From positions 31,300,536 through 31,336,069 of the forward strand of contig NC_069005.1 in the NCBI RefSeq assembly GCF_001194135.2: a stretch of 35,534 bases of DNA, read 5' to 3'. Shown piece after piece: positions 10,889 to 22,515 of this stretch. Both the position numbers and the translations under genes were made by a program. The notes under the pieces are model-generated. The model saw only the letters and a program-made list of their open reading frames with translations, searched no databases and was not told the DNA's origin. How positions within the stretch are numbered: the stretch's first letter is position 1; each line of letters opens with the position of its first letter. The DNA comes from Octopus bimaculoides. Taxonomy: Eukaryota.

Positions 10889-13786
10889 CTGAGGAAAGAT
10901 ATAAAGAATAAAAGAATTAGAGAATAAAGGAATGAGTAAAAAAAAAATAGAGTATTTAAGGAATAATGCTGAAGATAGATGACACAGTGTATTTTACTAT
11001 TCTATGGTTAATTATAGGTGTATATGTGTGAGAAAAATAAGAATTAAATAGAAGATTTAGAGAATTAAGGAATGAATAAAAGAATAGAGGAATAAAGGAA
11101 TAATGGTTGTGATGAATGACACAGCATGTGTCTGTATTATCTGCCAATTTAAGTGTAAATCTGCCAGATAAATAAAGAATGAAGAAAGAAAGATATTCGC
11201 ATGCAGATAAATCTTTTTGCAAATCATTGTGTGGCTTACAATGCGTTACTTAACCATGCTTTCAAGTGTCACCATTACAGGTATTTATACTCCGGTGAAA
11301 TTAAGAAATCAACTCGTAAATAAACAAAACCCTCAAATATATCACTATACACACACACGTGCGTGTGCATGCACACATGCACACACACAAGATCATATAT
11401 CAATGTATGTATTTATGTATGTTTGAAGATACTCAAACCAAATTTTCATCATTTCAAGCCATTCACTCAATGAGTATTTCTGCCAAATTTGGTGAAAATC
11501 CGTTCAGCCATTTTCCAGTAATTTTGCAAACACACAGACAAACAGACTAAGATGAGTGATTACAATACCCTGATTTCACTGATGCGTGCAGGGTAAATAC
11601 AGATGTGTGCATAGTTGTGTGGTTAAGAAACTTGCTTTGTAGCCAGGTGGTTTCGGGTTCAGTCCCACTGCACAGCACCTTGGACAAGTGTTATATACTA
11701 AAGCCTCAGTTTTACCAGTACCTTGCGATGAAATGCCACTAAGCATTTTGTCTGGTGTGCCAAGGATCATACCAGGTCACCACCTTTATAATTATAATAA
11801 TAATAATTATTATTATTTTTAAGGACTGCATTTGGCCGAATCAACTGAATGCTTGCCAAAAAAAACATGGTATTTAATTACATCTCTTTACATTTTGAGT
11901 TTGGACCCTCCTTTCGTCCCCCACTGACACCCCTGTCCCTGGGTTTAAATTTGTCTTTTGCCCTATTGGTAACCACTCAACCACTAGTGGGAGGTGGGGG
12001 AAGGCGGTGATGTGGGGCTTTGTGCTTATGTGAGAAATCATTATCTCAAGACACTTCACTTAACTAATCAGTCACTGATCTTCCATCAAAGTTTAAAGTG
12101 TGTCCCACATTACAGCAACCTTCACATATCTGAGACAATACTGCTGCCACTTATACTGCTACCACCACCACCACCACCATCAGTGCTACCACTACTGATG
12201 CTGCTATACACATCCCGAAAACGGGCCATCAGCCACTGATTGACAAAGTTTCAATCACCAACACAACTAGCAACCTTTCGTTCACTGACATTATGTGTCT
12301 TTTCTATGTTTCTGCTCTTATCACTCCTTCAACAACTTCTGATCCACTCAGCTAATAAGCTACCATACACACTCATGGATAGGTCACACTTTTTTTTTAA
12401 CCAAAATTTTCGATAAACATCAGGGGTGCGACCTATCCACTCAACATCACAGGGATCTGAAGTAGACGGTGGCACACCAGTAGTCAAGCTTGATTTATCA
12501 ATTAAGACTACTTTCATAAAGTCACTTCTGCAAAAACACTTTAATATTTGTAAGCAAAGTTTTGAAATAAAAGTGAATATTTGATAATTCTTAACAAATA
12601 TTAGTTATATTTATGTTATAAAGGGGCCGTTTATGTTATAAAGGGGCCTATCTATGAGTCAACTGCAAATACTTACTTTGACAACCCCAAACTAAGGGTG
12701 AAACCTATCTGCAAATATATACAGTATATTCGCTCTCTACCTAAGCCTACCACCCTCAATCTATATACTTCTCCTCTGGCTATGAGAAGGTTTGGCACAG
12801 CCATTTTGACATCACTGAAACAATGCTGATTAATTCTACATCAGATGCTTTGTCCTCAGGTTGTTTTGGTGCAGTAAAAATGTTGTTCTTATCCTAGTTT
12901 AAAGGTTCTGCAATTTCTTGCTGAACAACCACACATTTGATCTGTTTATTGTGGTCAAGTGTTCACATAAACTCATTCACTCCATCAAATCAAAATTACC
13001 TGTACAGGTGCACAACATGCCACATGTCAGATGACAAAATGATAGCAGACCAACATAAAATGAAGTATTTTGCTCCAGAACACTGCACAATATCTGTTCT
13101 GGGAATGAAAACCATTACCTCACAATCACATGTGCAACAGCCTAAACACTGATTCATGCACCTTCGCAAGCAGATTGCACCTAGAAAGTTCCCCTCCCAA
13201 GCACAAGTCCAAGCAAGGTTGTTTACGGATGACCAGCAGTTGCCCATGCATACCAGCCTCCCCTCCCAGCACCACCGATCTTATCCAAGGGAAGTGCAAA
13301 GACCGATACAACTTGGCATCAGTGAAATTGCAACTCATATGTACAGCTGAGTGAACTGGAGCAACGTGAAATAAAGTGCCTTGCTCAAGAACACAACACA
13401 CAGCCTGGTTTGAGAATTGAACTTACAACCTCATGATTGTAAGCCTGACACTAACTGCTGAGCTATGCCCTTTCACATACTTCAGAAAACTGGAGAAGAT
13501 TAAAAAAAAAATGAGTTTTACTTACCACTGTTGGCGTTGATAGATAAATAGTCACCATGTTAAGTCTTTTGGCAATACTCATAACAATTGGATGGAGAAG
13601 GAAAGCGCCGTAGGTCAGTCGGTCTAAGGGTATGAAAGCACTACAGGAGAGCAGGTTAGTCACAATGCCTGCAAGATGTAAAATATATATACTTATATAC
13701 ACAATAAATATACATACATACACATATATAAATAAATAAATAAATATACCCGCAGCCACTTGGCTGAAACACATAAATAAATAAAT

Positions 13787-13826
<40 letters not shown>

Positions 13827-14052
13827 NNNNNNNNNNNNNNNNNNNNNNNNNNNNNNNNNNNNNNNNNNNNNNNNNNNNNNNNNNNNNNNNNNNNNNNNNN
13901 NNNNNNNNNNNNNNNNNNNNNNNNNNNNNNNNNNNNNNNNNNNNNNNNNNNNNNNNNNNNNNNNNNNNNNNNNNNNNNNNNNNNNNNNNNNNNNNNNNNN
14001 NNNNNNNNNNNNNNNNNNNNNNNNNNNNNNNNNNNNNNNNNNNNNNNNNNNN

Positions 14053-14095
<43 letters not shown>

Positions 14096-15650
14096 CAGAG
14101 ATGTACTTGCATAGCAAGTGACCTGATCTGAGATCGTGTGCTGAAACAAAACAATTGCCACTTGGGAGGTGTTTATAAGCCATTTAAAAACACACAAAAA
14201 GCATTAGATTCATCACCTTTCACTAAAATAACCACGATAGCACCATCACTACCAGCAACAACAACAACAACAACAACAAATGGCTGGCACTCTATCAGTT
14301 ACCAGGACAAGGGTTCCAGTTGATCCAATCAACAGAACAACCTACTCGTGAAATTAACGGGCAAGTCCACAGACATGTGTACCCTTAATACGGTTCACAG
14401 GAAGATTCAGCATGATACAGAATATGACAAAGCTGGCTTCTTTTGAATTACTGGTACAACTCATTTTTGAGTGGAATGGAGCAATGTGAAATAAAGCGTC
14501 TTGCTCAAGGACACAATTTGCTGCCAGGAATCGAACTCATAACCTTATGATTGTGAGCTGAATGCCCTAACCACTAAGCCACGTGCTGTCATACAACAAC
14601 AACATCAACAATAGCTGTGTATCATGAAACTGTTTTAAGAGCTTACCTCCGTTTCCTGAAGCACAAATAACTATCACCCATGAGACAAGCAAAGCCCAGA
14701 TTGGACGAGAGAGGAGTTCGTAGGATGTTGTTTGAGCCTTCGTCCAGCTCATTGGATTGTCTGCTTTATACATAGTGTATTTTATGTAACAAATCACCAT
14801 GGAGACAGCCAACACGACAAACCAGCCGACGGAGAGGAACAGCTGCAGAAATGGTAGAATGAAAGAATATTGAAGGAAATGAAAAAAAAATATAAGGTTA
14901 AAAAAAAAAAAAAGAAAGAAAAGAAAAAAAATGAGAGAAAAAAATATAAAAAGAATGAAAGGAAACAAGAAAAGTGAGAGAGGTGGGAGGAGAAGAGTGG
15001 TAAAGATTTGAGAGAAGGAGTGAAAGAGAGAGAGGGAGAAAGTGAGGAGATTGTATGTGGGGGAGGAAATTGAGGGTGGTACATGAGGAAGAGAGAGAAG
15101 TGGGGAGGAAGGAACATGGAGAGTTGAGAGAGGGGGAGAGGGAGGGAGAGAGGGAGAAAAACAGAGAGCGCTGAAGAAATGGAGAAAGAGAGAGTAGGAT
15201 GAAACTTTGAAGTCCCTGTCAATAGTATTCTTGTTAAAGAATAAATATATACTCTACACAAAGTATTGAGTGATTTTTTTTTTTTAATGTAAAATTGTTT
15301 TTATTACAACTTGACATAAAAACAAACATTGATGTGTGTGTGTGTGTGTTTGTGCGTCATCATCACCTAGCAACAAGACCATTCCAGTATGTTATTCCTC
15401 ACCTTTGAAATGCTACGTTTCCTGAGTTTCATTCGTAAGAAATATCCAAGTAATATTCCAATGAGAAATGGGCTCATCCTGGTCCAAGGTTTCGTGTGAA
15501 CATCATCGTATGTAATTCTGAGAAAAAAAACAATAAAACAATAAATAAAGCAAGAAATGAAGAAAAGAAAATGAATACCTCAGTGAGCACCATTGAAACA
15601 GCATTATACTAAAACAGCCATCTATGTATCATAGTAAATGTATATACCAT

Positions 15651-15723
<73 letters not shown>

Positions 15724-18351
15724 GTGACACCAGCACCTGCAAAGGACAAGCTTGTTTATGCAGAAGACAGCACACCACAACTCTTGGTCCTTTGATATTT
15801 CCTCACTGAGGCCCAGTGCCTGAAGATTCTTTCTCACCACTTGATCCAATGTCTTCTTGGGTCTACCCCTTCCACTGGTTCCCTCTACAATTAGAGCTTG
15901 GCACATCTTTATACAGCTGTCCTTATCCATATGCATTACATGACCAAACCAGCACAGTTTTATCTCTTGCACACATCTGATGCCTCTTATACACAGTTTT
16001 CCTCTAAAATCATTTACACTCTGTCGTGCTTACACACCGACATTACCCATCCAGCAGAGCATAGTAGCTTCATTTATTTCAAGCCTTCACAAGTCCTCTG
16101 TAGTTAAAACCCATGTTTCACTGCCATATAGCACAGGCATCATACAATCTTGTGGTGGTGGTTTTGGTGGTAATGATGAGATGAGGATGATGATGATGAT
16201 GAGGAGGAGGAGGAGGAGGGTCTATTTGAACCAATGTGTGGCCAACTCAGCAATGACTGCCACATAAAAAGAGACTTTACTCACGATGTTTCGTTTAATA
16301 GTTTCTGCCAAAGTACCGTTGTGGTTGCGACGTAGGCACAAAACAGGAAAGTCACCACCAGAAATCCAACTGATGGAAGCCTGAAAAATGGGAGAAAGCA
16401 AAACAACATAAACAACATAAATAATAGGCAATAGCATCATTTGATGGAATATCTTTGTTGTGCTTTTTCTATTAGGGTGTTCTGAAAATAATGGCCGATT
16501 TCAGAAACATAATTTTATTCTGGCAAAATTAACAATAGAATGGAAAAAAAATCGAAGGCATGGGTAGCCTTTGACTTTTTTGTTCAAAGGTTTTTTAACC
16601 TAACATTGCAATTGTTTATAGCTTTATCTGCTTCAAGTTCCACTGTTCCAAAAGAATTATTGGAGTGGTTGGCGTTAGGAAGGGCATCCAGCTGTGTAGA
16701 AACATTGCCAGATCAGATTGGAGCCTGGTGCAACCGCTGGCTCTCTAGACATCAGTCAAACCGTCCAACCCATGCCAGCATGGAAAACGGACGTTAAACG
16801 ATGAGGAGGAGGAGGATATCAATTCTTTTTAACGATTCCATAATTAATGATCATCATCGTCAACAACATCATGTTTTTCTCCCAGTAATGAATAAAGACT
16901 CTGAGTGGCTGCATTGTAACTTTGGACAACAGGTACAATCCAGCTAGCAGGCTTCCTTGCAGTTTCCATCTACCCAATCTCTCTCACAAAGCTTGGGCTA
17001 GCCTGAGGCTATGGCAGCAGAGACCCTTGCACAAAATGACATGCAGTGAGATTGAACCCTGGGTCTCTTGATTGTGAAGTGAACCACTTCGTTACTGCAT
17101 AGCTGGGGTTTCACCAATACATGAACCACTTACCTATAGTCTGTTTGTCCAAAATAACCCTGTTACATGTCCAGGCATGACCCACACTTAAGAAACATGG
17201 CACAAACTTACGCAGTTATCAGTGATAGAATAATTGGTGCAACGCTGTAGAACTGCACATCGTTCGCTAAGTACCAAGTCCAACTCATACACTGAAATGG
17301 AGAAGAAGCGATGATGCGAGAGAGACAGAATGGTGAACAGCAAAACTATGGAAAATGACAATTGACAAATCAAAAAATTGGGGAATAGAAATGTTCTACT
17401 TTTATTGTGTGATCCTAAGATTCCAGTTGGGTGTGGCCCTAAAAAGATCCTAGAGAGGTGTGGCCTTTACAGGGTCCCAGGTGGGTGTGACCCTAACAAG
17501 ATGCTAATCATGTATGATCTTAAATAGAGTTCCAGNNNNNNNNNNGCCTTTACAGGGTCCCAGGTGGGTGTGACCCTAACAAGATGCTAATCATGTATGA
17601 TCTTAAATAGAGTTCCAGGTGGGTGTGGCCATAAAAAGATGCTAGAGAGGTGTGGCCTTTACAGGGTCCCAGGTGGGTGTGACCCTAACAAGATGCTAAT
17701 CATGTATGATCTTAAATAGAGTTCCAGGTGGGTGTGGCCCTAAAAAGATCCTAGAGAGGTGTGGCTTTTACAGGGTTCCAGGTGGGTGTGACCCTAACAA
17801 GATGCTAATCATGTATGATCTTAAATAGAGTTCCAGGTGGGTGTGGACCTAAAAAGATACTAGAGAGGTGTGGCCTTTACAGGGTTTCAGGTGGGTGTGA
17901 TCCTAACAAGATGTAAATCACATATGATCTTTAATAGTGTTCCAGGTGGGTGTGACCTTGAAAAGATGCTAGTGAGGTGTGGCCATTACAGGGTTCTAGA
18001 TGGGCGTGACCCTAACACAATGCTAATCATGTATGATCTTAAACAGAGTTCCAGATGGGCGTGGCCATAAAAAGATGCTAGAGAGGTGTGGTCTTTACAG
18101 AGTTCCATTTGGGTGTGACCCTATCAAGATGCTAATGACGGACGATGAGGATGACGATGTTGGCAACAATGATGACAATCATAATGACGACGATGACAAC
18201 AACAATGATGATGATGATGATGATGATGACAACAATGATGATGACGATGATAATGATTGACAATGATGACAGTGATGATGATGATGATGATGATGAAGAT
18301 GCTGATGACAACAATGATGATGACGATGATAATGATTGACAATGATGACAG

Positions 18352-18398
<47 letters not shown>

Positions 18399-20599
18399 TT
18401 GATGATGATGATGATGATGATGTTGATGATGCTACCCCACCAAAGCCAAAACATTGCAAAATACCACCAAAGTAACTCAAAAATATTCTTAGTTTCATAT
18501 TTGGTAATTATAGAAACAAAACAAAAGATAATCAGCCAAAGTTCCAGTCTGGCCAGTCGCTTGGCCAAGAAACCACCTTGCAGATTGATAGCACTTACCA
18601 TATCTTTTATTTTATACATGTTGTTCAAATATATGAGGTTTGACCACCACTTCTCACGACAAGGGGTTTCGATACTCAAATCGTTAAAGGGACCTTCAAA
18701 CATGTATGGCATCAAGCACGTTACGTAAATTAGAACTATTGCATAATAAGGGGTCAACCTGGAAATAAAAAAGACAAAGATATATATATACATACATACA
18801 TACATACATGCATATATATTACAAATAAAAGGGTAAAGAAATATTAATTTATTAATAAATTAATAATTAATAATTTTTACCAAGCACTTCGGTATGTAAA
18901 CACCATTATCGGTGAAGAACTTATTTAAAAGTTCTTATGAATTTATAAACATAATTAAGGGATCCCTTAATTATGTTTATAAGCAACTGTTGCTGATCCC
19001 TTAATTACATGCATATATAGATATATATATATATATATATATAATATGATATAATATAAATAATATATATGCATATATACATACATATATGTACTTACTT
19101 ATATATATATATGTATATACATATGTATATATAGGTGCAGGACATCATAGAACATAAACAGCATGAAATGCGAAAACAACATGAAATACAAAATACGAAA
19201 ACATGGAATATGAACTTTTTTTTTGCAAACAACAAAAGAAACAAATGGTAAACAAGGCAAGCAACATAAAGAACGACTCTTCATCAGCTGTCGGCTGTTT
19301 TATCTACTCCGAATTTTGAGCAATTATGACAAGATGCGCCTTCGACAAAACAGTTGTTCCCGCAAAGCAAATTAAATAAAATTTGGGATTTGCTGAGGGT
19401 CAAAGTTGGTAAAAAAATCAGGACAGTGAAAACAAACTGTAAGGGCTGCTAAGCCATAACAAAGTGAGGTGGCAAACGCTGGAGGAACAAGCTTTGACAG
19501 GAGACAGATCAGAATGCGTCTGATCTCTATAGCTGATCGAAAGGAAAGAAAGAAACTCAAGTTAGGAAAAGAAAGATGGCCGATGGTCACGTGTGAGCAA
19601 CGAGAGAGTAAAGGAGGAAGAGTGAGGAAGACAGGGGGATAGATAGAGAACGGTGAAGGGGAGAGGAATATATATATATATATATATATATATCAATGTT
19701 TTAGAGGTGATTGAAATATGACAACTGTAAAACGAGAAATGCTGCTTACCTCAGGAAACGCAATAGGTATATCTTCAAGATATACTTCAGTCCACTTTCA
19801 CCCCGTGAATAGAAATTATCAATGAAGGAATATGTCAAGAGGGTACCACTGGAAAATAACATAAACATAGAGATAAATTAAGGGATTCATTTTTCACACA
19901 CACACATGTATATTATGTTATATGTAAACAAACATAAGTTTGTTTTTGAAGCATTGAAATGTATTGTAGAGCAGGTAGGAAGAAATATATTTTTTTGACA
20001 CGTTTCTGGATGACTTTAAAACTTCTAAAATTGCAGAAGAATTTGCTGGTCAGCAGTTTAGCTTAAAGGATAGAGCACTCCAACTGGACATTGTAGGGGT
20101 GTGAGTTGAATCCTCATGGCTGGTTGCTGGCAAATTATTCTGCTCTTATCCTTTATATATACTGTTCAGTATTTACGTGTTGAAAAAAATATATCTTTCT
20201 ATTTGTTCTACACATATATATTTATTATGATTCAAGCAAGGAAGAAAATAAAGAAAAAAGTCATAAACAAAAATGTGCCTACCTGAGTAAAAAGAAGGTA
20301 TCAACTGCAAAGGTGGCTGAGAAAACTGCTTCGAATGTAAATCTTTGGGCAATGGGCATGGCACTCAGGGGGTTTTCTGTGACAGAATATGAAAACAGTA
20401 GAATGGCATTGGTTTCAAATTTTGACACTAGACCAGCAATTTAAGGGAGGGGAAAAGTTGATTACATTGACCCCAGTTTTCCACTGGTACATATTTTATC
20501 GACCTCAAGAAGATGAAAGACAAGGTCAATCGGTATTGTATGTATGTATTATGTATGTATGTATGTATGTATGTATGTATTTGTATATGCGTATGTATA

Positions 20600-20630
<31 letters not shown>

Positions 20631-20850
20631 TTGGCAGGAATGGCAACAAAAGAAAGAAAGAGACCTCAATATTATGCAAATAGAGGAATGTATCTGTAAA
20701 AATATGTGACACTTATTCAGTAGCCATGATAATACTCCGAGTTTCCGATGTCCGGGCGGTGTTCCGCTCCAACCATCTCTTCAGTTATCCAGCCACCAGA
20801 GGTTCTATTTGAAAAATAACCGTTATGGAAACAAAAACAAAGGGAAATAA

Positions 20851-20891
<41 letters not shown>

Positions 20892-21928
20892 NNNNNNNNN
20901 NNNNNNNNNNNNNNNNNNNNNNNNNNNNNNNNNNNNNNNNNNNNNNNNNNNNNNNNNNNNNNNNNNNNNNNNNNNNNNNNNNNNNNNNNNNNNNNNNNNN
21001 NNNNNNNNNNNNNNNNNNNNNNNNNNNNNNNNNNNNNNNNNNNNNNNNNNNNNNNNNNNNNNNNNNNNNNNNNNNNNNNNNNNNNNNNNNNNNNNNNNNN
21101 NNNNNNNNNNNNNNNNNNNNNNNNNNNNNNNNNNNNNNNNNNNNNNNNNNNNNNNNNNNNNNNNNNNNNNNNNNNNNNNNNNNNNNNNNNNNNNNNNNNN
21201 NNNNNNNNNNNNNNNNNNNNNNNNNNNNNNNNNNNNNNNNNNNNNNNNNNNNNNNNNNNNNNNNNNNNNNNNNNNNNNNNNNNNNNNNNNNNNNNNNNNN
21301 NNNNNNNNNNNNNNNNNNNNNNNNNNNNNNNNNNNNNNNNNNNNNNNNNNNNNNNNNNNNNNNNNNNNNNNNNNNNNNNNNNNNNNNNNNNNNNNNNNNN
21401 NNNNNNNNNNNNNNNNNNNNNNNNNNNNNNNNNNNNNNNNNNAGAGTTACTGCTGAGCGGTCATAAAAATGTTATTCCCTGTGACATATTTCATCCGGTT
21501 TAATCGTAATTTATATGCATATATTGTTTATATAATAAATTACGCTGTGCGTATCTATGTATGTAACAATTTTAGAGTTCGGATTCTAGAGTTAGGGTTA
21601 GTTTTAAGGTTAGGGTTAGGGTTAGGGTTAACAGTCTAGTTAGGGTTAGCGTTAGGGTTAGAGGATTAATACGATATACACCGTTACAGCGCTAACTGTT
21701 TTCAACTGAATAGACGTCAGTGATTAGTAGAAATTATCGAAATAAGACAATTTTTTACATGAAATAAATTTGAATACAAAAATTCTTTTCTGTTCTATAA
21801 CACAAAATAGATAAGTATACGAAGTTTGAAAGTCTTTCGGTACCAAAAACACTACATAAAGCATAAACGAAAACTGGTGCCCCCGTTTTGAAATAGATCC
21901 TAAAAACGAAATAAAACAAAAGCATGGC

Positions 21929-22012
<84 letters not shown>

Positions 22013-22473
22013 CTGCTGGTTGTGTAATGTAAGTGTTGTTGTTGTTGGCACTCTGTCGCTTACGACGACGAGGGTTCCAGTTGATCCGATCAACGGAACA
22101 GGCTGCTCGTGAAATTAACATGCAAGTGGCTGAGCACTCCACAGACACGTGTACCCTTAACGTAGTTCTTGGGGATATTCAGCATGACACAGTGTGACAA
22201 GGCTGACCCTTTGAATTACAGGCACAACAGAAACAGGAAGAAAGAGTGAGAGAAAGTTGTGGTGAAAGAATACAGCAGGGTTCGCCACCCATCCCCTGCC
22301 AGAGCCTCGTGGAGCTTTAAGTGTTTTCACTCAATAAACACTAGGAGTGGCTGTGTGGTAAGTAGCTTGCTTACCAATCACATGGTTCCNNNNNNNNNNN
22401 NNNNNNNNNNNNNNNNNNNNNNNNNNNNNNNNNNNNNNNNNNNNNNNNGAAGACCTTCGTATATATGTATATG

Positions 22474-22515
<42 letters not shown>

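Noticed and set aside
11874-12520. Short minus-strand ORFs as alternative last exons
   Set aside because: No family similarity, and the true terminal exon at 10778-10888 completes the domain.
16222-16440. ORF-track frame ASISWISGGDFPVLC as the exon 11 peptide
   Set aside because: Phase from exon 10 requires the other frame, which gives a TM helix and joins exon 12 correctly.
17423-18136. CRISPR-like regular spacing
   Set aside because: The whole unit repeats, there are no unique spacers or cas genes, and the context is eukaryotic.
18124-18805. Long ORFs rich in D/M/I/S/H
   Set aside because: Translations of (GAT)n tracts; only 18599-18758 is a real exon.
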